Of a stretch of DNA of 64,000 nt, positions 53,657 to 64,000 are shown in pieces. The notes below the pieces were generated by a model, which was not told the DNA's origin, searched no databases, and was given only the letters and a program-made list of their open reading frames with translations. Source of the DNA: Octopus vulgaris (taxonomy: Eukaryota); NCBI GenBank assembly GCA_951406725.2, contig OX597830.1, positions 32,488,001-32,552,000 on the forward strand, given 5' to 3'. Position 1 is the stretch's first letter, and every line of letters begins with the position of its first letter. The translations under genes were made by a program, and so were the position numbers.

Positions 53657-54429
53657 GAGCGTGAGAGAAAGAGAGAGAGCCTGAGAGAAAGAGACAGAGC
53701 CTGAGAGAAAGAGAGAGATCATGAGAGAGAGAAAGTGAGAGACAGCATGAAAGAGAGAGAGAGAGAGCATGAGAGAAAGAGAGAGAGCATGAGAGAAAGA
53801 GAGAGAGCCTGAGAGAAAGAGAGAGATCATGAGAGAGAGAAAGGGAGAGACAGCATGAAAGAGAGAGAGAGAGCATGAGAGAAAGAGAGAGAGCATGAGA
53901 GAAAGAGAGAGAGCATGAGAGAAAGAGAGAGAGCATGAGAGCAAGAGAGTTTGAGAGAGAAAGTGAGAGACAGCATGAGAGAAAGAGAGAGAGCATGAGA
54001 GAGAGAGAGCTTGAGAGAAAGAGCATGAGAGAGAGAGAGAGCATGAGAGGGAGAGAGCAAGAGAAAGAGAGAGAACTGATTGATAGAGAGAGATAGCAAA
54101 TATAGAAAGATTAAAAGAAAAGTGGAGGAAGAGATAACAAGTAGGGAGAGAGAAAAAGAGAGAGAGAGAGAGCATGAGACAAAAGACTGATAGAAAGAGA
54201 TAAGGAAAGAAAGAGAGAATAGTAAATGAGAGAAAGAAGTACTTGGAAAAAGAGGAGTGAAAGAGGGGGATAATAAAAGAAAGAGAGAGAAAAAGAGAGT
54301 GAGGGAGGAGTGGTGGGAGAGAGAATAGTGTAAATGAAAGAGAAGTAGAATGAATGTGAGAGAAAGACAGAAAAATGAGAATTAAGAAGAGGAAGATAGC
54401 ATGTGAAGAAAGAAGAGAGGAAAGTAGTA

Positions 54430-54474
<45 letters not shown>

Positions 54475-54490
54475 CAGAGGTAAAAGAAAA
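53320..54490. repeat. ~1.1-kb polypurine tract with a 20-bp gagagaaagagagagagcat minisatellite
   Basis: Direct; units from ~53660 to 54050. Confidence 0.9.
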
Positions 54491-54889
54491 AGAGTGTTGG
54501 TCAATTTTGATGATTGTTCATTTGTATGACCGACTGATTTCCTGCTGGGAAAATAAATGTGTATGTGGTCGAGTACTCCACAGACAAGAGTACAGCATTA
54601 TTGCTATCATCACTATCATCATCCTCATCACGATAACCATCACCATCATCATCACCATCGTCGTCGTCGTGATCATCATTGTCGTCACCATCATTGTCAT
54701 CATCATCACCATCAGCATTTTCGTTATCATTGCCGTCATCACATCATCACATCATCATCATCATCGTCATCATCATCGTCGTCATCATTAGCACTCATGT
54801 CATCATCATCACTATTGTCGTCATCATCATCATTATTGCCCTCATCCTCTCCACCATCAAGGTATCATCATATTCATCATCATGACACC

Positions 54890-56543
54890 TGGTTCAATGG
54901 TTCAATTCCTGGACCAGGTAGCAAAGTGCTTAATTTAATATTGTGCAAATCTACACAGCTGATATGATTACCAGCCAAATAAAAGTACAACCATTTCTCC
55001 TCTTCTGCTGTCACATCCTGCATGATCTCTGCAGATGGTAGTGGCACAAGAATGCCAATATCGCCTTGTTGCTCCATACGTAACTATAAAAAAGAATCTG
55101 TGAAAACAGAAAATGTTACAAAACTTAATTGCTTAAGAATGATGACTGACTGACTGTACTGGATGAATTTAATGTTTAATAGCAACTCTATAAAATAAAT
55201 GCGCCCTTTTAAAGCCTAGCCAGACTCAAGGGCCCGGTTTCCTGGTTTCAATGGCGTATGTGTTCTCCAGCTGGACGGGATGCCAGTCCATTGCAGCATT
55301 ACTCATTTTTGCTAGTGAAGTGGACTGGAGCAACGTGAAATGAAGTGTTTTGCTCAAGAACACATGTCGCCCGGTCCTGGAATCGAAACCACAATCTTAC
55401 GATCATGATGCTGACACCCTAACCACTAAGCCACGTGCCTCCACTTGCACCCTTTTAAAGCCTAGCCAGACTCATGGGCCCAGTTTCCCAGTTTCAATGG
55501 CGTATGTGTTCCTCAGCTGGACGGGATGCCAGTCCATCGTAGCATTACTCATTTTTGCCAGCTGAGTGGACTGGAGCAACGTGAAATGAAGTGTTTTGCT
55601 CAAGAACACAACGCGTCGCCTGGTCCTGGAATCGAAACTACAATCTTACGATCATGATGCTGACACCCAAACCACTAAGCCATGTGCCTCCACTTGCACC
55701 CTTTTAAAGCCTAGCCAGGCTCATGAGCCTGGTTTCCTGGTTTCAGTGGCGTATGTGTTCCCCAGCTGGATGGGATGCCAGTCCATCACAGCATTACTCA
55801 TTTTTGCCAGCTGAGTGTACTGGAGCAACGTGAAATGAAGTGTTTTGCTCAAGAACACAACGCGTCGCCTGGTCCTGGAATCGAAACCACAATCTTACGA
55901 TCATGATGCTGACACCCTAACCACTAAGCCACATGCCTCCACTTGCACCCTTTTAAAGCCTAGCCAGGCTCATGAGCCTGGTTTCCTGGTTTCAATGGCG
56001 TATGTGTTCCCCAGCTGGACGGGATGCCAGTCCATCGTAGCATTACTCATTTTTGCCAGCTGAGTGTACTGGAGCAACGTGAAATGAAGTGTTTTGCTCA
56101 AGAACACAACGCGTCGCCCGGTCCAGGAATCGAAACCACAATCTTACGATCATGATGCTGACACCCTAACCACTAAGCCACGTGCCTCCACAGTATCAAC
56201 TCTATACCTATCTCAAATTAAACCTGGACCAGGCAGTGCTTGTTGTCCTTGAGGAAAGCACTTGATTTAACATTGCTCCAATCTACCCAGCCATAGTGAT
56301 TAACAGCCAGGTAGAGGCACAACCATTTATCCTCTCCTGCGGTCACATCCTTCATGTTCTGTGCAGGCAGTGGTGGCAGAAGTGTGACTATGCCTGCTTG
56401 TGACTCCATACGTATCTACATAAAACACCTAATAAAACCAGAAAACATGTTACCAAGCCATAATTGCTCAAGAGTGATGCCTGACTGGCTGTACTGGTAG
56501 TATTTAATGTTTAATATCATCTCTATACATATCTCAAATTAAA
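54890..56543 (+). mobile_element. Tandem dimer of an older SINE-like repeat (family D); the first unit is split by the family C array
   Basis: 54908-55190 aligns with 56223-56527 (cctggaccagg...gtcacatcct...ctgtactgg...ctctata). Confidence 0.75.
55200..56191 (-). mobile_element. Head-to-tail tetramer of tRNA-derived SINE family C (249-bp period)
   Basis: Units start 55200, 55446, 55695, 55944; minus-strand head gtggaggcacgtggcttagtggttaggg...ggtttcgattcc. Confidence 0.93.
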
Positions 56544-57234
56544 CTTGCTGTAGTGCAATGTAGTGATGAGAACAAACAAGAAAAATTATATAACACGCTA
56601 GAGGACATTTGAAATTAATCAGTTTTATATTAGGATATATATTTAGTCTGGCAGTTAACTAATTTTGAGGTTATAAACCACTGATATTGACCAATGCCTC
56701 GTGAAAGGGCTTTATTTGTCTTTTGTATTATTTTATCGTTTATTTGTTTCAGCTACTCGACTGCGGCCATGCTGGAGCACTGCTATGAAAGGTTTAATTG
56801 AATAAATTGACCCCCAGTATTTATATTTTCCAGCCAGACACTTGTTCTATTAGTCTCTTTTTTGGCCAAGCCATTAAGTTGTGGAGACATAAACAAACCA
56901 ACTTTGGTTATTGAACAGTGAGGGAAACAAGCACAAGCATAAATACATGCACACATAGACACATATATATACATACATACATACATACATACATACTTAC
57001 ATAGAAACACATATACATACATACACACACACACACATATATGCATAGATATGAATATGGTTATATTTAATGAGCTTCATTCTGTTTGATTGGCCTGGGG
57101 CTATAATAGATGACATTTGCCCAAAGTGCCACACAATAGAACTAAACCTGAAATCACATGGTTGGGAAGCAAACTTCTTAAATACACATCGTTATCATTA
57201 TCATCAAAATACTTTCCATGTGTGTGTGTGTGTG

Positions 57235-57320
<86 letters not shown>

Positions 57321-57321
<1 letters not shown>

Positions 57322-57698
57322 TATTGTGTCTGGGGAGAGTCATTTTCTTTTTGTGCCTTATAATTTAACACACTCACTGGTAAAATTTCTACTTATTTCT
57401 TATTTTTATTTTCCTTAAATTTTCATTGCATCTTGCAACCTTTTCAATAGTCTTGACTCTGTCTATTATTTGCACTGTGTTCCTTTTAAATAACAGACAG
57501 AGTCATGACTATTGAAAAGGTTGCAAGATGCAATGAAAATTTTAGAAAAATAAAAATAAGAAATAAGTAGAAATTTTACCGGTGTGTGTGTTACATTATA
57601 AGGCACAAAAAGAAAATGATTCTCCCCAGACACAATAGAATATGCTTCAACACACAAACTCAAATAAAGAATCTTGCAAACCAAATCCCAAAACGAAA
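57321..57698 (+). mobile_element. Fold-back Penelope-like fragment in (TA)n with a variant HHR-like motif
   Basis: Arms ~57321-57470 / 57487-57638 plus tail; cta-TTGAAAA-g-gttgc aagat gcaat-GAAA-at-TT-tag at 57509-57545. Confidence 0.65.
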
Positions 57699-58159
57699 TA
57701 TATATATATACCTTTGTAATAAGCAACAGAAGCAATAAAAGAGCCATCCATGTATCATATTTAATGTAAATTCATTACTGAAATCCAAATTAACTGCAGT
57801 ATTCATCCAGAGATAATGAATCTTATGGATTTACTGCATGAAATAGCATAGGTCAATAAAATAAGTATCAGTAAAACATTAGGGGTCAATGTTAATTGAT
57901 TAGCTACCTGTCCATGAAATTTCAGGCCTTGTGCCTATAGCAGAAAGTATTATTACTGAGAGGAGCAAGCTGGTAGAATCGTTTGCATGTCAGGAAAGCC
58001 ACTTAGCAACAGTTCTTTCAATTTTATGTTCTGAGTTCAAATTCCGCCAAGGCCAACTTTGCCTTTTAATAATTCTGGGGTCGACAAAATGAATACTAAT
58101 CAAAGCATAGGGATAAATATAATCGATCAGCCTCCTCCTTTAAGATTTCAGCTGTTGTT

Positions 58160-58370
58160 CTCACCAAAGCATCCTACCAAGGCTTTACTTTTATGCAATG
58201 CAGCAACTGAGGGCTGGAAGAAGCCTCATGGAAGGCCCTGCACCAGAGGGCTGGGTGTGATTGGGGAAGATCTCCAGAGGTTCAACGTCACCTTGGAGGA
58301 TGCAGAGGGGCTGGTATGGAACTGCCAGTGATGGAGAGCACTGGTGAACCTAGTCGGCTCTTCACATGAG
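58160..58370 (+). pseudogene. RTE-clade LINE ORF C-terminus
   Basis: GWKKPHGRPCTRGLGVIGEDL...EDAEGLVWNCQ*WRALV matches the RPRGRP..W..DL...DR..WR tail pattern. Confidence 0.7.
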
Positions 58371-58945
58371 GAAAACTCTGGGACCACTAACACAGAATGG
58401 CCCCAGCCTCATGAAGTAAAAGCATGAAGCAAGCAAACCTTTACTGCAATAGACATAAGAATTATTACCAATGGTGTTTGTGTTGATACTGGTATTGCCA
58501 ACATTGGCAGAATAGGTGGTGGTGGTCATGATGGTAGTGTTTGGCTGGGTATTCAGTGGTGTTGGTGGTATTGGTGCAGTGAGTAGAGAATATTGATGTT
58601 CGCGATGTCTTACTTCCATGCCACTGATACCTTTCTAAACACGTGTCGAAGAATTTTTGCATTGACTGCCAAAACACTTCATCTTGCTGCTCAGATTTCC
58701 CTTTGCTTCCTCTACAACCAGCACCACCACCAGCACCAGCACCACCACCAGGACCACCACCAATACCACCACCAACACCAATACCACCAACCCAACACCA
58801 CCACCACCACCACCGCCACCATCGCCACCACCTCCACCACCATCACTGCCCACTACCAAGACTCAGCTGCCACCAATCCCAACCACTTCACCATCCAGCT
58901 GCATCATCTTCATCCTGTTTCCATCTCACCTCACATCCACTCATG

Positions 58946-59348
<403 letters not shown>

Positions 59349-59921
59349 ACCAATTACTCTTGCATTCTACTTTTCTTACTCCCTTATTTCTCACTTATAC
59401 TCCTTCTCTTCTTCTTCTTCTTCTTCTTCTTCTTCTTCTTCTTCTTCATCTCCCCCTCCTCGTCCTCCTCCTCCACCTCCAGCTCCTGCTCCTGCTCCAC
59501 GAGTCCCTCCTCCTCCACCTCTTCCTCCTCCTCCTCCTCCTCCTCCCCCAGTCTATTTTCAGTTCCACTTGACTGCACTAATGTTAATTAGTGCCACAGA
59601 CCAACTGAGATTATGTTTCTGAAACATTGATCGGAGTAGCTAGTCTAGGTCAAATATATATTATTATTTATTGATCTTTCAATGAGAAACATCCCTCACC
59701 TCCCCACCATCACCCACCACCCACCCACCACCCACCACCACCATACAAACCTGTGCCATACCATTGCTACCCACCTGCCCACCTGCCCACCACTCCCCCA
59801 CACCATTTTTACCATTTACTCTGCTGCCATTGATTGCCGCAGAAATGCTTTTTATTTATTTATATATTTACTCATTCTTTATCATTCTTCCTCCAGAATT
59901 CGGTTTCAACTATTTCATATA

Positions 59922-59960
<39 letters not shown>

Positions 59961-60023
59961 GTGTGTGTGTGGTGGGGATGCGGAGATGGAGGGGAGCCTG
60001 TGTATGTACGTGTATGTGTAAAT

Positions 60024-60056
<33 letters not shown>

Positions 60057-61132
60057 TGGTGTGAGGTGTGCGGAAGGAAGACTGTGTATGTATGTATGTT
60101 TGTATATATGTATGTGTAAATTATGTATAAATGTATGTGTGTGTGCATGTGTGTGTGTCTATGAGTTCAGACATAGACAGATGATTACTTGATCACTGAT
60201 TCTCCAGGCAATACATACATATTATATATATACATATATACAAATATACATATATTTATCAATATATGTATATTATCTATCTATCTATCTTTCTATACAC
60301 ACACACACATATGTACATATGCATATATATGTATATACATAGATATATATATATACATGTATATATTTATACGTATATTTATATATATATACATGTATGT
60401 ATGTGTGTATATATATATATATGTATATATATACACATATACGCATACATACATTTGTATATATATTTGTGCAATATATACATATATCATGCATATATAT
60501 ATTGTATATATACACAAACTTATATATATACATATACATGTATATATATATATATATATACATATATAGACATATAAGTATATGTATATACATATATAGA
60601 CATGTATGTATATGTATATATATGCATTCACGTATCCATAAAGAGATACATGTGTGTATGTGTGCGTATGTATGTCTGCATATAAGCGCCCTTCATTCCC
60701 CTATGTATTTACGTACTAACTGACCGACTCAGTATAACTGGGACTAAACAAGTAGAGAATTGTGGAAAAACCCTATTAAAACTATTGAATCATGCATACA
60801 GATGTAAATAATTTCAATAAACCATATTTCTTTTTATATATATAATATACATATATATATATTTTTTTTATTACTTTCCCTTCTTGTATTTAATATAAAT
60901 TCTTTGTTTTTTATTATTGTTGCAGAAAAAAAATCTCATTTTTTTTTTGTTTTAGTTTCACAAAACCTTATAATTTAAATTTCAAAAATAAATAAGAAAT
61001 TAAACAAATGAAAAACAAAACAAGAACTTCCCCAAAAAAACAAGGTCATATCTCACAAATTGGTTGGAAATATGTAGTTATTTTCTGGTCTTTTTGTCTA
61101 TCATTTCTTTCATTAATTTTATTGAGAATTGT

Positions 61133-61172
<40 letters not shown>

Positions 61173-61343
61173 CTTGTTTTTATTGAAAATTGTATTCTGG
61201 ATCATTCTAGCATTCTTGAGGCAACAAAATTCTGCCAATATATAAAATATGTTTGTTTTTATCTTTTAATAGAAAACAATATTGCATGAGACTGGTAGAT
61301 TAGTAGAATTATTGGAACATGGGACAACAACAACAACAAAAGT

Positions 61344-61830
61344 GGAGGCGCAATGGCCCAGTGGTAAGGGCAGCGAACTCGCGGTCGTAAGAACGCGGTT
61401 TCAATTCCCAGACCGGGCATTGTGAGTGTTTATTGAGTAAAAACACCTAAGTTCCATGAGGCTCCCACAAGGGAGAGTGGTGAACCCTGCTGTACTCTTT
61501 CACCACAACTTATTCTCACTTTTTCTTCCTACTTCTGCCACAAAGCAGAGGAACCATGGTGTAACTCATTATGATGTGGTAAACTTTCAGACCCTAGTCT
61601 AGATTGCAAATCCTCTGTACCCCAGGGTGGTTCAGCTCTCCACCCGTTAAAAGCGACTGTTTACGGAATGAGGATAACAACGTAGATTTCGCACCTGTGC
61701 AACTGCTAGTCTATCGCACGTGTGGTGGGTGGATCTTCAAGTTGCCACATGCATTCTTAGTAGCTTAGAGTAGGCTTGAATTAGAGAATATTCTTTGTAG
61801 CTAATGGCGTGAGTCCTGATTAGAAGAAGA
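61344..61830 (+). mobile_element. tRNA-derived SINE with a gaagaag-type tail
   Basis: ggaggcgcaatggcccagtggtaaggg...ggtttcaattccc; shares body with 51304-51490. Confidence 0.65.
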
Positions 61831-62096
61831 CAGCAACAAAAAAACCTTGCATTATTAAGTTATGACTGTTTATATACTGGGTTCAAATCCTGCTGAGGTC
61901 GCCATTATTTTTCATCTTTCCAGGGTCAAGAAAATAAAGTTATTGTTGTCATTATTGTTGTTATTGTTGTTGTTCTGATTCAGTAAAACCATGGGTGTGT
62001 GGTTAAGAAGCATGCTTTGCAACCACACAAATTTCAGGTTCAGTCCCACTGCGTGGAACCGGTGGTTAATTGTGTGGAAAGCTGTCTCATATTCTT

Positions 62097-62514
62097 TCAT
62101 TCTTTTATTTTTTTTAAGTCATTTAATTTTGGCCATGCTGGAGCAGCACCTTGAAGAGTTTTAGTTGAACAAATCAACCCCAGGACTTATTTTTAAGCCT
62201 AGTACATATTTTCTTGGTGTCTTTTGCCAAACCACTAAGTTAAAGGACATAAACACACCAGCACCAGTTACCAAGCAGTGAGAGAAGGGGGATAAGTACA
62301 GACACAAAGGCCCAAGCATAGATACATACATATACATATATATATTTATATGACAGGCATCTTTCAGTTTCCATCAAATCTACTCACAAGGCTATAGTAG
62401 TCAGCCCCGAGGCTAGAATAGAAGACATTCGACCAAGGTGCCATGAAGTGGGACTGAACCCTCAACCATGTGGTTGGAAAGCAAGCTTCTTACCACACAA
62501 GCACACCTGTGCCT
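62097..62514 (-). mobile_element. SINE family A
   Basis: Homology to 4225-4636. Confidence 0.85.
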
Positions 62515-62537
62515 ATATATGTATATATATATATATG

Positions 62538-62586
<49 letters not shown>

Positions 62587-62695
62587 CATTGCCAGATAAG
62601 ACTGGAGCCTGGTGCAGCCTTCTGGCTTCCCAGATCCCAGAACCGTCCAACCCATGCTAGCATGGAGAATGGACGTTAAACGATGGTGATGATGA

Positions 62696-62737
<42 letters not shown>

Positions 62738-62984
62738 ATATATGCATATATACATACATATATGTACATACCTACATATATATGTATATATACATGCACT
62801 TATGGATACAGGACATCAAAAAAATGTGAACAAAATGAGAAACGAGACAGGCAACATAAAGAACATTCCCTTCATCAGTTGTCCCCTGTTTCATCTACTC
62901 TGCATTTTGAAGGTAGGGACACGGTGCGACTTCATTAAAACTCCTCCCTGCAAAGCAAATTAAATAAAATTTGGGATTTTTTGC

Positions 62985-63182
62985 AGATGGTTAGAAATTT
63001 ACAAAAAAAAACAAAACAAAACAAAAGACGAAGACAGCTGTATAAAGAACAAGCAGGTGTATTAGTCTGATACCCGGGAAGGTGAGAAAGTCTTTTACAT
63101 TTAAAGAAAGTCTTTTCACATTTTGAGCAGATGCTCATCAACAGAAAGAAGCATGAGGAAATAAACAGAGAGAGAATTTTTA
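62985..63182 (-). mobile_element. Decayed relative of the 7526-7735 HHR element
   Basis: Minus strand tttCTGTTGAt-gagc atct gctc-AAAAtgTgaaa (63112-63147) followed by ccttccc...taatac as in the 7.6-kb copy. Confidence 0.55.
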
Positions 63183-63203
63183 AAAAAATACATATGTACA
63201 TAC

Positions 63204-63265
<62 letters not shown>

Positions 63266-63671
63266 GGAATCTCCTGTCAAAGACACCCTATGAGTGTTCA
63301 GCAAAAAACAACTGAATAAGAAATATGTGTGTGTGTTTGTGATTTCACTCCAAGCCACCATTTGACAACTAATGTTGTCTGTATAACTTAGTGATTTGGC
63401 AAAAGAGATTGATCGAAGAAGTACCAGATTTACAAATAGGAAAATACTGGTATCAATTTACGTCACTAAAACAAGTTCAAGAAGATGCATTAGTATGGCC
63501 ACACTTTATTGACTGCCACAAGTAAAAGATAAAACGGCCAGTGCTTGAAGAGTGTCTCATAATGATGGAACATAGTATAAATGTAACTAGTACAGAAACC
63601 AGAATATTTATCAATGAAAAGTCTTGTAAATTATACACAAAATGTGCCCCATCATTATTAGAGACCTTCTG

Positions 63672-63886
63672 AAGGTGGTGAGCTGGCAGGATCATTAGCA
63701 TGCTGGATGATATGCTTAGCAGTATTTCACCCATCTTTACATTCTGAGTTCAAATTCAGCCGAGGTCGACTTTGATTTTCATTCATTTGGGGTCGTTTCA
63801 TTAAGTGCCAGTAAATCACTGGGATCAATGTAAATTTCTAGTCCCTGCTCTACAAATTCCAGGTCTTGTGCTTATAGTAGAAAGGA
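63672..63886 (+). mobile_element. SINE family B
   Basis: Homology to family B. Confidence 0.85.
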
Positions 63887-64000
63887 TTATTAGACACCTT
63901 GTGTATATTTTGAACTACATCAGATAATTTTTCATTTTCAAGGCAGCAATGAGGGATTTGTGAAGGATTTTCATTTCTCCCTAATGTATATCCTGAACCT

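Noticed and set aside
55200-56191. CRISPR-like or tRNA-gene array, and repeated 72-aa ORFs
   Set aside because: Units are whole 249-bp SINEs without unique spacers; the ORFs are antisense to SINE heads; context is eukaryotic
62805-62985. CTGATGA (minus, 62872-62878) near GAAAC as a hammerhead
   Set aside because: The motif order and missing UH/stems do not give a foldable HHR; it may still be a Penelope-like fragment

Overview
This is AT-rich, CpG-poor animal DNA saturated with microsatellites and retroposons. The repeat landscape looks like a cephalopod (Octopus-type) intron or gene desert; that assignment is an inference. No intact host protein-coding gene is visible, and almost all listed ORFs are microsatellite translation artefacts. 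Recognisable coding remnants are a full-length decayed mariner (49596-50876), an internally deleted Tc1 (40625-41822), RTE-clade LINE fragments and a CR1/Jockey-like RT fragment. There are also several tRNA-derived SINE families, piggyBac-, hAT- and Helentron-type non-autonomous elements, and a solo LTR. The most striking hidden signal is a dispersed set of short non-coding elements, mostly in (TA)n runs, that carry type-I hammerhead ribozyme (HHR) cores (CUGAnGA...GAAA...UH) and often fold back as inverted repeats, the Penelope-like pLTR/retrozyme architecture. Three stand out: a 3.5-kb unit bracketed by two near-identical inverted, well-formed HHRs (18028-21527); a two-copy chimeric family of tRNA head + (AAT)n + HHR tail (12513-12784, 31359-32110); and a direct-repeat-flanked insert ending at its own predicted HHR cleavage site (37472-37579). 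Other oddities are a SINE tetramer within one TSD, a fold-back duplication and a candidate 15-nt minus-strand microexon. Coordinates were read by eye and boundaries of degenerate repeats are approximate.
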